A stretch of DNA of 64,000 bases, taken from positions 124,001-188,000 of the forward strand of contig PDIP01000035.1 of the NCBI GenBank assembly GCA_002811645.1. Direction: 5' to 3'. Under the pieces are notes generated by a model that ran no database searches, was not told the DNA's origin, and saw nothing but the letters and a program-made list of their open reading frames with translations. The translations under genes and the position numbers were made by a program. Positions 45,225 through 57,300 of the stretch are shown here, in pieces. Every line of letters begins with the position of its first letter. Positions within the stretch are counted from its first letter, which is position 1. Source of the DNA: Corallochytrium limacisporum Hawaii (Eukaryota; Protista; Pluriformea).

Positions 45225-46703
45225 TCAGATGATATCCAAGCTACGACGATCATCATGAACGCCTTCGGCAGTACAAGCATCTCCAAGTTCTGCAACGTTT
45301 AAGTTATGCATGGTCGCACGCCGACGATTCTGCGGATAGGAGTGATTGGTCTGTGGTGCCCCTGTCACTTCGTTCACCTTAAACGATCTAAAGGCTCGAC
45401 TAAAGAAATCTGCCCGTGCATGCTTTGTCCGAGTTATGCTAGACCTTTTGGAGAGATCAGTAGAACCATTACTGTCAAGAAAGCGCTTGACATCAACTGG
45501 ATCGCCTGAAGAATAGTCTTTTACGATCGTACACAACAATGTTCCCCGGTAGTTATTGTTGGATTTAGAAAATTGCTCTGCCTGCAGAGCACTTTGCTGC
45601 CCGTTTACCAACTTCGTGAGCAGGTGATCAACGAAGTGCTCGTTGGCATCTGCAAAGTTAGTCTCCAGATCCGGTCCGAAATGAGGAACATCGGTTTTGC
45701 TTGCAAACGCAAACTGGTAGCGATCTTCTTCGCCCTCGACAGGGCGGATGACTGCCACGACGTGATTGAATCTAGAACGGATGGCCACCGGGTCATATGT
45801 ACCCTTGGGGTCCTCCAGGAAGACAATGAAACAAGCATCGTTGCCGATGTGTCTCTTTCTTTGAACCTGCTGCACATCATTCTCCGAATACGGGAGGAGG
45901 GTACTGATATGGAACATCACCTCCTTGTCCTTCCATTCCCGATATACACTGTACAAGCCAGTTCGGTCATTAGACACGTCCAGGCCGCCACGGAACTTAT
46001 CGAATTCAAGGAGGCGTACCCGTTGACCCAACAGACCACAGAATTTGCGGAACTGCAGGGAGTTGTCCATGTTGCTGAAGAACTCTTGTTCCTTTACCTG
46101 TCCTTCCCGGACCAGTACAACTCCAAACTTAAATTGAGTCTGATTGTAGTATCGATAATAGTCATCTTCAATATGAAGAAGTTTGTTACTGACAGCCTGC
46201 TCGTCATTCACCCATTTCATGTACATACAATAGTCCTCGCCCATAAGCTCACCAAGCTTTCGCAGGCAGTGGTACGGTTTTGGTTTCTTCGGCAATATTG
46301 AGCTGCTCTTCACATTCTTGCTAGGAATCTTGACATGCTTGGTTCCCTCCTTCTTGAAAATAAGGCATCTGTGGCTTTGTCCTTCCACATCGTCTGTGCG
46401 TGCAATGACAACGGGATCATTCTGACCATCTGTACCGACCCAGAGACTTGGACTTTTCCCGGCAAAGTACCACCGAAATGATCGTTGCGCCAATTCTCCA
46501 GCATAGTCATTACGCTTAATATTCCGCCTCACAGCCTCTATTCCTGCTGTTGTATCTGGATGCTTCACCCAGCCCTCTGCTTTGTGGAGTAACGGAACAT
46601 CGGCGTCCAGATAAAGGGCACTGCTGCTCTTCTTCTTATGAATCGGGTTGACAAGAACCTTATTAGCAAAGTCCGCCTCCAACAAGGGGTTTATTGTTGA
46701 CAT
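45225..46703 (-). CDS. Rap/Ran-GAP domain protein (Rap1GAP-like)
   Basis: FKFGVV; GQ..EQEFFSN; FRGGLDV..DRTG; EVMFHISTLLPY; QQVQRKRHIGND (Asn thumb); DVPHFGP. First ATG 46703; frame open to GTG 46742. Confidence 0.92.
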   Translation of the reverse strand: MSTINPLLEADFANKVLVNPIHKKKSSSALYLDADVPLLHKAEGWVKHPDTTAGIEAVRRNIKRNDYAGELAQRSFRWYFAGKSPSLWVGTDGQNDPVVIARTDDVEGQSHRCLIFKKEGTKHVKIPSKNVKSSSILPKKPKPYHCLRKLGELMGEDYCMYMKWVNDEQAVSNKLLHIEDDYYRYYNQTQFKFGVVLVREGQVKEQEFFSNMDNSLQFRKFCGLLGQRVRLLEFDKFRGGLDVSNDRTGLYSVYREWKDKEVMFHISTLLPYSENDVQQVQRKRHIGNDACFIVFLEDPKGTYDPVAIRSRFNHVVAVIRPVEGEEDRYQFAFASKTDVPHFGPDLETNFADANEHFVDHLLTKLVNGQQSALQAEQFSKSNNNYRGTLLCTIVKDYSSGDPVDVKRFLDSNGSTDLSKRSSITRTKHARADFFSRAFRSFKVNEVTGAPQTNHSYPQNRRRATMHNLNVAELGDACTAEGVHDDRRSLDII

Positions 46704-47178
46704 GTTGGAATTGAACTCGTCGTACGTTCGGTATAATCTCACCCTGGTTCAATTAGAGTCATCCTGGCCAATGTTTGAGATTTCACCAGTTGCAGTATGT
46801 CATCATCTCGCTAGAATGAGAGCGAAGTGATTGGTTGGAAGTGCCAGACCTCTTTCAACTACCTGAACACACTTTGACTGAATTGAATTCAAAACAGACT
46901 TTCCTCCATATCACGCTCCCATGGAAGGGAGTTCGATTTTTCTCTTGTCCAAGCACAATTGCTCCTGTGATTTCGGCTCATGTTCTCAGAGAACGAGTTG
47001 CATCCCCCCAACCCATCCGCGCCGCCCTATGTTCCACCAAATTCTGAGCCCATTCGGACCCCGCAGGTCATATTCATCATACATAATCCCCTAGAGATCA
47101 CCTTGTTCTCTTTGGGGACTCCCTGTTGCGAAGGTAGTTACCACTAAAGCCGGAATAAGAAGGGAGGTGGGGGGGGGG

Positions 47179-47350
47179 NNNNNNNNNNNNNNNNNNNNNN
47201 NNNNNNNNNNNNNNNNNNNNNNNNNNNNNNNNNNNNNNNNNNNNNNNNNNNNNNNNNNNNNNNNNNNNNNNNNNNNNNNNNNNNNNNNNNNNNNNNNNNN
47301 NNNNNNNNNNNNNNNNNNNNNNNNNNNNNNNNNNNNNNNNNNNNNNNNNN
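47179..47350. other. Assembly gap flanked by poly-G
   Basis: G10 at 47169-47178 and G19 at 47362-47380. Confidence 0.95.
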
Positions 47351-47943
47351 NAAGAAGGGGAGGGGGGGGGGGGGGGGGGGAAGAGCGGGTGATAGAGGTG
47401 GACGTGGGTTGGCAAGTGGTGCGAGAGAAACGGAGTCCATTTGAAACTGCCAAGGGCAGCGAAGGGGGGACGAAAATTGGAAGAAACTGGTTGTTAGAAA
47501 GAGCCAGTCGCATTTACGCACACCCCGCCAGGTAACCAGCAGCCACTACCGGCACTGCCGTACCTCCCGCCTGCAACTAACATTTGACTCCGGAACCGGA
47601 TCTTCTGTCCAAGGAAGGAGATAAGCGAAGAGATCCCAATACGGACCGGTATAACCATCCGCTTCCTTCCCCTGGCCATGTCCACGGATATTTGGCAAAT
47701 TGATCAATATTTGGCGCGAAAGGCGATGGGGACTCAATCACCAAATCCGGCCTGGTGAGAGCGATGTGTGCGGAGAGAACAGCGCCTCCTTCGCATCACC
47801 TGAAGGGTTTCAGGTGCCGTGCGAGGTACTTCCAACTGCACGTCATACTCAGAACATGTTATTATTGGCCTCATCTGACACTAGGACGAACATGCTAGAT
47901 ACCAGACGCTTGAAAATGGAAAGCATCTGAGGGTGCAATCACG

Positions 47944-50511
47944 ATGATTCCGGACTCGCCGGCGCCAAATTGGCGTAACTTCGAGTTGATGGTCTCGGGT
48001 ACTATTCCAAGGGATACACAAGGTTTATGTCGTGGAAGAATATCGTCATTCTGTCCAACTCGTGATCTGCTGGCATTGTCTGGGCCTAAGTGTGCCTTTA
48101 GCCTCTACCGGGTTGCCACAAACAAGTGGGAAAAGGTCTGGGAGGTGACATACAAACAAGCAGGTTTGCAGGCCCAGATCCAGACTCACAGTAAACTTGG
48201 AGTGACCGCTCACGTCACATCAATATGCTGGCGACCGGATGGCAATGTACTTGCAGTGGCCTGGTCCGTGGGCCTACTTTCCTTGCACCATGTCGAGGAT
48301 GGGAGTACATTACTTGTGCATGAGGAAAGTAGTGGTATATGCAGCCGAATGCTGTGGATCCTTTTGCCCCGTGCAAAGATGACCGGTTTCCCACCCGGTC
48401 AAGACCAATTTTCTGATTTTGTGTCCATCGCTAGAGCTGCAGAGCGCTGCGGTACGGAAACCACGGAACCATCCAAAAACACTGAAGGAATCGAAGCGGA
48501 TGAGGATATTTATTCCGTGCTAGTTAAAGGAACCTGTGACGAAGCGAACATGACGGTCCTTGTCACCCAAGGCATAAATGGCAGTGTAAAGTTGCTACTG
48601 AACGGGATTGTGGAAACGTCTGAGTGTCAACAGCGAATGGGTATCGACGATGTAACGGAATTAAATGATACCGCATTGAACACGATACAGAAGTCTTGCA
48701 TCTCAGAATGGTGCGGGCCTGAGTGCGCTCTGTACACCCAGTTTTCCAATGACATCGATCCCAGCGGTCAGACCCCATTGGTTCGCATCGACATGCCTCT
48801 CTTGATAAAAAACCAAGGAGGCTTACAATTACTCATTACTTACGATGTGGCGATCAAGCAGTTTTTCGATTCCTGCAGAAAGTGTCTCAGTGACGTGGAA
48901 ATCATTTGGGGAGAGCTTGTGCAGCAATTAACCACAAAGTTCCTCGGGTACCCTGGTAGTCAAGATGCCTTGCGTGCGGATCTTTTTGTGTTCTTGACGA
49001 CTGCACGGTCTCCATGCGAGGAATTTGGTCACTTTATTTCCAATCGCTTGTCTGAAGTGGGTCTAAGACGCTTGTTGACATCCTTTGATGGTGGATTTCG
49101 TGAAATGAGGGACAAATTTATGAAGGTACTGCTTCCTAATCTTGAGATGCTCACTGCTTCCTGCAATGTCCTGCGCGGACTGGCGAGGTGGAGACAGCGA
49201 TTTGGAGTTTTGGGCCTCAGTGCCGACGCAGTAGAACAATGCCTGCGGCAGAGCCAACAATTGCTGGTGTTGGCGGAAGTCGTTTCCCAATCCATGGCAG
49301 ATTTACAAAGCCAGTTACACTTCTTCCTCGCAAAGCTGGGCCAAACGGTTGCTGTTGTCTCCCAGGAAAACGCAGCTCCGGAAGCAGTCGAGGAAGCCAG
49401 AAGAAAGTGGCGAGAATTTTTGAATGCTGGCCGGTGTACAACAATGAGACCCAGTGTACTCGGATTCGGTGAAATGGACGAAGAAGAGATTGTGCGGGTT
49501 GTGACCCACCGTTTCCTTTCCGTGCAGGATGTATCGGAAACTATTGACATCACAGGTATGCTACAGAACAGCACGTCTGCCAACCTGCCCCTCTCTGGCA
49601 TTCCCAGCAGTCTACAAGAGGCTTCCATCTCCGATTTGGTGCATTTGCAAGACACAGAGAACTTAACCGCGGACACTAACAACTACATTGATGCATTTTT
49701 AAAGGACAAGACTGATCTGACAGACTATGCCTACGTCGACCTAGGCAATGATCAGTCTCTAAGCCAAGCGATGGGGGATTTCTCGCGGGCCCATGCTTAT
49801 CTTCAAAACTCTATCAGACCACATCTCAGCCTTCAGGCAACCACATCCGATAGTAGAATGATGCCATGGACTGCCGGGGGGGTTGAAGCCGATCCACAGT
49901 GGGTTTCACTTCATCCGCGAGTCATGGTCCCACTGGACGCAGATGGCAAGGAAATCGCAGTCGTGCAAGCTCACTGCCTTGAAACTGGTTCGGATTCTCT
50001 CACATTACAAAATTGCAATGCAGTTTCCGTACAACGTGTCGTTCATATGAGTACCGTGCTCCAATATGACCAGGATATGTACTCTTGCATGGTTCATGAC
50101 ATTTGTCCTTATACGAGTGATGAATTTGCAGTACTTGCTGCTGTTACGGTTTGCAAACGAGATCCACGAGACAGGAATGCCTTAGTTGGCCTGGTAGGAT
50201 TTGGCGTCCTCATGATTCTTCTGGACAGTGAAGAGGTCCGTGCGCGAATATTTGATGACACAGAGCTCCTGGACCAAGTCCCCATCAGAGCCCTCACAGA
50301 CCAGAGGAATGTGAGGTTACGTGTGTCTGCAGGTAAACGGGGTCTTTGTGCCCTTATAAGCGACCATTCAAATCAATGCTCCGTCCTGGATCTATGCTCG
50401 GAAGAGGAGGACGAAGAAGACGAGGATGAGCTCGGAGGACACCTTATTGACCAATCGATGGTCACAATTGATGTAACCATGCAAAGCTCAGGTAGCCAAC
50501 ATGATGCATAA
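47944..50511 (+). CDS. ANAPC4: Anaphase-promoting complex subunit 4
   Basis: CPTRDLLAL...SLYR...KVW...VTSICWRPDGNVLAVA...HHVEDG (APC4 WD40 N-term); LRGLARWRQRFGVLGL (APC4 helical domain); acidic C-term. Confidence 0.85.
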   Translation: MIPDSPAPNWRNFELMVSGTIPRDTQGLCRGRISSFCPTRDLLALSGPKCAFSLYRVATNKWEKVWEVTYKQAGLQAQIQTHSKLGVTAHVTSICWRPDGNVLAVAWSVGLLSLHHVEDGSTLLVHEESSGICSRMLWILLPRAKMTGFPPGQDQFSDFVSIARAAERCGTETTEPSKNTEGIEADEDIYSVLVKGTCDEANMTVLVTQGINGSVKLLLNGIVETSECQQRMGIDDVTELNDTALNTIQKSCISEWCGPECALYTQFSNDIDPSGQTPLVRIDMPLLIKNQGGLQLLITYDVAIKQFFDSCRKCLSDVEIIWGELVQQLTTKFLGYPGSQDALRADLFVFLTTARSPCEEFGHFISNRLSEVGLRRLLTSFDGGFREMRDKFMKVLLPNLEMLTASCNVLRGLARWRQRFGVLGLSADAVEQCLRQSQQLLVLAEVVSQSMADLQSQLHFFLAKLGQTVAVVSQENAAPEAVEEARRKWREFLNAGRCTTMRPSVLGFGEMDEEEIVRVVTHRFLSVQDVSETIDITGMLQNSTSANLPLSGIPSSLQEASISDLVHLQDTENLTADTNNYIDAFLKDKTDLTDYAYVDLGNDQSLSQAMGDFSRAHAYLQNSIRPHLSLQATTSDSRMMPWTAGGVEADPQWVSLHPRVMVPLDADGKEIAVVQAHCLETGSDSLTLQNCNAVSVQRVVHMSTVLQYDQDMYSCMVHDICPYTSDEFAVLAAVTVCKRDPRDRNALVGLVGFGVLMILLDSEEVRARIFDDTELLDQVPIRALTDQRNVRLRVSAGKRGLCALISDHSNQCSVLDLCSEEEDEEDEDELGGHLIDQSMVTIDVTMQSSGSQHDA

Positions 50512-50561
50512 CTATACAACATAGTGTACTCTATTGTATTCATATTTGCTTGTTCTTTAGT

Positions 50562-51716
50562 TTAGTTGTCAAACTTCAGGATGGTCTTGGACAGTTTGAA
50601 TGGTTCCTTGGCAGCCTTGAGAGCCTTTTCAAAGTCATCAAAATCAAACTGTTGATAGTAACCTTTGAGCTTCCCATTGATGTACATGTCCGTGATCTCA
50701 TCCAGCATCACCTGCCTTTCATCTGTTCCGTTGTGCCGAATGCTCCAGTCGCTCATCCAAAATCCACGAAGTTGGATATCCTTGAAAATGAACGGTCCAA
50801 CTGGAATCGGCATCGATTCCTTCGACATACCACCGTAGGTGACCATAACCCCCCCTTTGCCTAGCATCCGCATCATGTCTGATGCAGTTTTGCCACCGAC
50901 ACAGTTTAGGGCCAACTTCGCACTGGTTGCGGTGGCTTCTGACGTCCCGGAAACCGCTTCCGATGCCTTGCGAATCACTTTGGCCAGCTCTCGAGGGTTT
51001 TGAAGTGTTTTTTCCGTGACAACATCTGTGGCTCCGAGATCCTTTAGGAAGTTCTCGGTTTCATCCCAGAGTGGTCTGTCGCGAACAACGTTCACCGTTG
51101 CTACATCCCAAAGCTTGCACAGCTGAATGACTGTTTGCCCTACTGCTGATGTGGCTGCTGCCTGAAGTACTACATCACCAGGATTAAGATCCACAAAGTC
51201 CTTAAGCATACGGTAAGCAGTGCACGGATTTACACTGAGACATGCAGCATCCATCGGGTTCAGATCTTTACTGACTTTTAACAGCTCATTGCTGTGGGCA
51301 ATCGCACGTGTCCTCCATGTACCCCAACCAGCCTTCGCGGGAATGACCCGGTCGCCGACCTGAAGACTTGTCACTTGGTTTCCAACGGCAATCACTTCAC
51401 CCACTCCTTCATTACCAGCAACTGCAGGCAGAGGCGGCTTAATGGGATACATCCCTTCGATTTGGTTGATGTCCGCTGGATTGAGGGGTGCCATCAGCAT
51501 CTTGATCATCACGCTCTGTTCTTCCATGGTGGATAATTCACCCAGTTCCATTCGCAGCACGTCTGACGGTACACCGTACTCGCGGTATTCCAAACACCGA
51601 TACTTTTCTTTTTCACCATTGCTTTGATTGGAAGTTGCGAAATAGCGCCAAGCGCTGAAGCCAGATGCAGGCTGCCTCATCCGAATGCTGCAACGCAGCA
51701 CCGTAAGTCTCAACAT
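50562..51716 (-). CDS. MECR: Mitochondrial trans-2-enoyl-CoA/ACP reductase
   Basis: Arg-rich presequence; APLNPADINQIEGMYP; GNEGVGEV; GTWRT; VNPCTAYRML.DFV; LALNCVGGK; VTYGGMSK; FIFKDI.LRGFW. Confidence 0.95.
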   Translation of the reverse strand: MLRLTVLRCSIRMRQPASGFSAWRYFATSNQSNGEKEKYRCLEYREYGVPSDVLRMELGELSTMEEQSVMIKMLMAPLNPADINQIEGMYPIKPPLPAVAGNEGVGEVIAVGNQVTSLQVGDRVIPAKAGWGTWRTRAIAHSNELLKVSKDLNPMDAACLSVNPCTAYRMLKDFVDLNPGDVVLQAAATSAVGQTVIQLCKLWDVATVNVVRDRPLWDETENFLKDLGATDVVTEKTLQNPRELAKVIRKASEAVSGTSEATATSAKLALNCVGGKTASDMMRMLGKGGVMVTYGGMSKESMPIPVGPFIFKDIQLRGFWMSDWSIRHNGTDERQVMLDEITDMYINGKLKGYYQQFDFDDFEKALKAAKEPFKLSKTILKFDN

Positions 51717-52423
51717 CTTACATCCGCTTCTAATCTATTCGACAAATATGTAGACATTGGGTACCGACCGTGATGCAGTCTCCAGAAAGGAAGATCACTC
51801 ACCGAGACCTTGAATACCTACAGTCGAGCATTCCCTCGGATCTCAAAACATCCTGATCAACAGCGGTGTGGGGGCCAGAAGTTCTCCGTTTTTGTCCCGT
51901 CCCTACTCTTGGCTGTCCAAACCCCGACTGGCTATTTCCCGGCTCAAACCCCTTCCCCACCCCTTTCTCACTTTGTGTTCAGAAGGAAGAAGACGATGAA
52001 AGCTGCTTCAGTCCCCGTGGCGACCTTGTGGCCTTTTAGATAAATCAATAAATAATGACATATTTACCAACCGGGTGAGTACCGTTAGAGTTGGCTGATG
52101 CGAGCTTTCAGAAACTACCCGTACACAATGATTCCAGGTTTCGCTGGGAGGGGGTCGCACAATCAGATCAAAACAGGCTTCAGCAGCAGGATACGCACAA
52201 CAGTAGTAGAATTGGATTGGGGTTGCGGATCGCATACGGACAATATCATGCCTGCAGCACTTTGGGCGGACTGGTGTTTCAAGTGTGTGCAAGTTATGGC
52301 AGTGTCACAATACGGTTCTTACTTGCAGGATTCCTCGGGGCCTCGATGTCTTGATTTAAGTATCCAAGAAAGGATTTGCGGGTAGCCCACACAGGCTTCC
52401 TGCCCCTTTGGGGCAATATCAGT

Positions 52424-54256
52424 ATGAAGAGCAAATCGCTATCAGTTGAGGAACTGTCCTTACAGGTCCGTCCGGCACTGTCGATGTCTGCGCACATCAG
52501 TGATGATGAAAGGGACGCCAGGCGGTCACTGTCTACCCAGTCACCTCTGAGAGTCAGCAATGATCAAGCAACGCCATCAAAACTGTCGCAAGAGAGCTCA
52601 GACGAGGAAGGAGAGGCAAATCATGTCGAGGGAGCAAATGGGCGATGCAAAGGAAATTTCTTTGAGGATTCTGTCAAAGAAGACGCCTCAAACAAAGAGG
52701 TTTGCAATGGTCGGCCAAAGCCAGTAGCTCTGTCGCTCTCCACAGATGCGGCAACCTCTGGACGTTCCACTTTGGAACCTTCAGGTGGTGCGGTTGCATA
52801 CGGAGAGAATGAGGACGCTGGTAGAGTCAACGCAGGTATTGTACCTGTGCAGGAGGCAGGCCTGCTGAAAAGACAATCGGCTATCGTGCAGCGATCTCGG
52901 GCATGGCAGTCGGACATGTACAACTGTATCGACCAAAAGAGAATGATCACAAGACCTCGGTCAAGTACAGTGGACGGTAGTGTGGGCCCATATTCACAGA
53001 TCGTAAAAGCAGGCCCTAAGGCCCCTATGATGAATGTTACAACAGCCGTGTATCAAACGGCAATATCTCAATACCAGATGGCACTTGGGTCACGGGATAC
53101 TCCCATAGACGATGTTGAGTGGTCGAGTATGCTAGACGAGTATGGTCGCGTCAAGGATGTCTTATGGCTCCGTATGCGGGTTCTTCGTTGCGGATGTCAA
53201 CCAAGCGTGAGGAAATTTATCTGGAACATATTATTTGAGGTGTACAAACCCTCTGAGACCTATGAAGACAAGCAGCTCAAACTAAAGCAACGAGAAGAGC
53301 GATATGCGCGGATGAAATCACGCGCTCTGTTGATGATGTCGCAAAGGGATGTGCTCACACCGGAACAGAAGCGAAACCTGTCCACTATTCACAAAGATGT
53401 GCATCGGAACGACCGTGATCATGAGTTTTTCGCGGGCGAGAACAATCCGAACCTTACCAAACTACGTAACATCCTGACAGTGCAATGTCTTGTCCAGGAC
53501 GCCGAAACTGGGTATGTGCAGGGAATGACTGACCTTGCAGGCATGCACCTGTATGTCATGGATAACGAAGCGGAAGCCTTTTGGACATTTTCAAGTATGA
53601 TCAGCTGGATGCGGGCAATCTTCAGAGATCCTCAATTGTACATGAGCAAAATGATCAAAAGCATGAATCGGCAGCTGAAGCGGATTGACCCCCCATTTCA
53701 TGCATACTTGGAGAGCGTAGGGTGCAAGGATATGCTGTTTGCTTATCGCTGGCTTTTGTTGAATATGAAACGGGAATTCACTTTTGAAGACAGTGTGGTC
53801 GTGACCGAAACAATTTGGTCCAAGTGCCCTTTCTATCGCATGAAGGTACAGATGGGTGGTAATCCCTTCGCTGTGTATGTGTCGCTGGCGATCTTGATGC
53901 AGGAGCGCGACCAGATCATGGAGCAGAAGATGGATCATGATGGACTCTTCATGCATTTCTCCAAACAGGACCCCAAAGACCGGGATATGAAGGCAATTCT
54001 GCATTGTGCGGAGCAGATGATGTGGCAAACCATGCCTCCAGTCATGCTCCGATACTACGCCATGCACTGGCAACGGCTTCAGGAAGGGAAGACGGACTTA
54101 AAACCTCTTGGCCCTATCCGACCAGGGATTGCTGTCGACGATCATGAGGCAGCAGAAGCACAGGCCCATCTAGATACATTGCACAAGTCCATTGCTTCCC
54201 CAAACGTTGATAAGAGCACCTATGCTAGCCGGTCCTCGTTTTTCAAATGGACATAG
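52424..54256 (+). CDS. TBC1D25: TBC-domain Rab-GAP, TBC1D25/Gyp7-like
   Basis: IHKDVHRNDR (IxxDxxR) and GYVQGMTDL (YxQ). LFAYRWLLLNMKREF.FED and GNPF..Y..LAILM..RD.IM...MHF resemble TBC1D25. First ATG 52424. Confidence 0.82.
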   Translation: MKSKSLSVEELSLQVRPALSMSAHISDDERDARRSLSTQSPLRVSNDQATPSKLSQESSDEEGEANHVEGANGRCKGNFFEDSVKEDASNKEVCNGRPKPVALSLSTDAATSGRSTLEPSGGAVAYGENEDAGRVNAGIVPVQEAGLLKRQSAIVQRSRAWQSDMYNCIDQKRMITRPRSSTVDGSVGPYSQIVKAGPKAPMMNVTTAVYQTAISQYQMALGSRDTPIDDVEWSSMLDEYGRVKDVLWLRMRVLRCGCQPSVRKFIWNILFEVYKPSETYEDKQLKLKQREERYARMKSRALLMMSQRDVLTPEQKRNLSTIHKDVHRNDRDHEFFAGENNPNLTKLRNILTVQCLVQDAETGYVQGMTDLAGMHLYVMDNEAEAFWTFSSMISWMRAIFRDPQLYMSKMIKSMNRQLKRIDPPFHAYLESVGCKDMLFAYRWLLLNMKREFTFEDSVVVTETIWSKCPFYRMKVQMGGNPFAVYVSLAILMQERDQIMEQKMDHDGLFMHFSKQDPKDRDMKAILHCAEQMMWQTMPPVMLRYYAMHWQRLQEGKTDLKPLGPIRPGIAVDDHEAAEAQAHLDTLHKSIASPNVDKSTYASRSSFFKWT

Positions 54257-54326
54257 ACATATGGGAGATCAACAACTAAAGAAATAGATACTTCTAATTG
54301 ATACTTAAGCTAGCAAACACATAGTA

Positions 54327-57300
54327 TCAAGACTCCCAGTGTGGGGGAGTCCAGTTCAATCGCCTTCCTTCCTCGTAGATCTCCTGAAGCGTCTGATTGA
54401 ATGTGCCTTCCTCCTTGAGTTGGAGGTACCTCTCGTACACCTTGAGAGCGGTGAGAGCATCTTCAATTGAGTCGTGAGTCTCAGACTGAATTTCTTCCTC
54501 AAGCAGAAACCATGCCAAAAAACGGAGGCGGATCTTGCGCTGATGCGGGAGGTGGAAAATGTCTACCGTGTCAATGATTTGATCAGCAGGGACGAGGATG
54601 TTGATAGTGCGGAAATCCTGCTTCAGACCATGTCCAACAAGCTTTACCCCACGGTCAATCAGACGGCGCAACTTCAGATAAGTCCATTTCAAAGAGCATA
54701 AGTTCTTGGTAGATCTCTTGGGATCCAGATCACCTGGCTCAATACCGGAATAGTCTGTCAAGTAATCAACCACCTCTTCGTTGGTTTGGATGTAGTCATC
54801 GATACACGGCTCGTATTTTGTATCACCCTGACCTCGCACAACACTCACTCGTGCCAACCCCATGTGAATGGGCTTTACAGTCGATTTCGTACCATCCGAT
54901 CGAATGATCCGTTCTTCGTGCTTCAAGGCCACAAATTCTGCGTCAATGGCCATGATGGAATGCTCGTCTGGCAGTTCCTCCTTGACAAGAGGTGTGTATG
55001 CTCGTTCCACCTTCCGCTCCCGCTTGTTCTTCTTATCCTTAATCGAAGTCTCTAAACGTCCGTCATCAAGAATCATGGCATCTTCTTCCTCCATCAACAG
55101 CACATCGTCAGTAATGAGGTTTGGAATCTCACAGCGATCATGGGCAACAAGTCTTTCATCCACGAACATTGCAATCACGGGCGTCTTCCAAGCATCGTTG
55201 AAAAGGGTCGCCTCTTCTCCACTGCTTGGGCGAATACAGAAATCATTGAAGATGTACCACTTTCGGTGACCTTTCATAATATCGACGGGCATGTCGGCAC
55301 CAATTCTCTCGAAATGAGTGGCATCCATGCGGATGTGAGCTACCAGGGTGTTTCCCCACTGTTCATCCTGGATATAGCTGATTACACTGCAGAGGTGGTA
55401 GATGGTATACCCATCCTTACGTGCCTGATTGCCTGCCTCATCCGGATCGTCGGTTGCACTGGTATTATCAGAGTCTTGAGCCAACGTCGGCAAATCAATA
55501 GTTTCAAGACTGCCTTCTTCATTGAGCCGCATGCCCAGTCGGTGCGGCACCCAATTGCGTCCTTTAGCCTTCCAGTAGTCGCGTTCAGATCGCTTGTCTA
55601 GGCCCAAGTTCACATTCATGACGTGAGGAAGACGAGTCCAGTGCTTCTTCTGCCGGATAAGAGAGTACTTTTGGCAATTCTCGCAGAAGGCCCGAGTTTT
55701 CACGTCCTTGTCGACGCTGTTACTGATGAGGCCACCAAAAGTTGGTCCGTCCACAGTCGGATCAACATCATGCGGATCCTTGGCGTCCGGGATGGGATTG
55801 CCTTCCTTGATTAACGAGTGCTGCTGTGTTGTCAGAGGTGGATAGTGCATGTCAATAATAAAGGTTTCCATGCTTCGCACTTTCACTTGCTTGCAGCTTC
55901 CGCAGATGTCCTGAATCTCGGTGTTTGTTCCCTGGAAGCGACGAACGATGTCCTGACCAATGGCACGGTTCGGGTACGGTTCGCTTTCTTCCGTCTTTCC
56001 CCCTTCCTCGCTGAGATCGTCAATGAGCCAACGATTCTCCGGATACTTCTTCAGTGTCGCAGCACTGTCCTTTCGATTCCAATCGCCACCAGTCTCTGTA
56101 TGCGTCTCAGTGTGGATTTGCCTGTGAAGAAACCGATTGAGATTCTGAATAAGGCGACCAAGGTTATCCCTGGTGTGGGCCTTATCAGTATCCTCGGAAG
56201 AAACAAGGCCCAATGCAGTGGCCTGTGGAATGGTCCTAAGTGTGCGAATGAAGTTTGAGGCTTGGCAGTTCTTATTAGTCGTCTGGAGGCTCAGCATATG
56301 GAACAAGAAGCTCATTTCACAGCTAAGGCAAAGCTGACGGCTACATAAATGGCTCCGCAAGCTGCTGCCCACGAAGGGCAGGTGATAGAGTACCTGCAAG
56401 ACCGAGTTACAGTAAGCGTTTGCACTGTTGGATTCGAGACTGGCGAAGGGCGTGGCATTGTAGCTCTGGAAGTCAAAACTGTCGATACCAATGCGACCAA
56501 ATTTCACCTCCACGCGCCTGTGTGAAGGGGGCGGCCTGCTGGTTTTCCATAGATTCGCACCATCTGCATGTTCAAGATCAAAATCGCCGTCCTTGGTCCC
56601 TCCACGTTTTTTGTGCCCACCAGCGCCTCCATCCCTGTATGCGCGGTCGCCATCTCTGACACTGTGGTGGCCGTGGTGTTTTGCAGACCGATGATGGTGA
56701 TGATGATGGTGTGATCCCGTTCCGCTTTTCGGCATGACAAATGTTGCCAGCTGACCTCTATTTCTACCCTTGGAAGGCGCATACAAGACATTGTGAATGG
56801 GCTTCGCCTCGCGGTAAAGCTCCTCTGGAATCTGTGCTATCGGTACCTGAATGATACGTTGCATTTGGTATGGCATATCACCTGTCAAATGGAATTTCCT
56901 CTGTCCGTCATGGTGGCGAGGGCCCGGGTACCGGGTGCCAGATATGTGTCCGTGGAATTGCTTCGTTGGTGATGAGTCTCGAAGGTTGTTCAAGTGGCCC
57001 ATGTCTGGATCATGTGGGGTCTCATTGATGAGATAAGAGGCATCCATGTTTCCGATAGACCACTCAGGGACTTGAACGGTTGCCGGGAGCGGAAAGCAGC
57101 CCAGACTGACGGAATCATCATCGGGCAACACCATGGTTCTTACAAAATCTCTCGGCTCATCCACATAAAGGACTTGCTCGCCGTATCCTCCATGGAGACT
57201 TAGTTGTTCCTTTGGCAAATCACTGAATAAGTGCATGGCTCCCATGTTATCGACAACAACCACACAGGTTCCTTGAGATGCAACTGCAAATGTGACTGCC

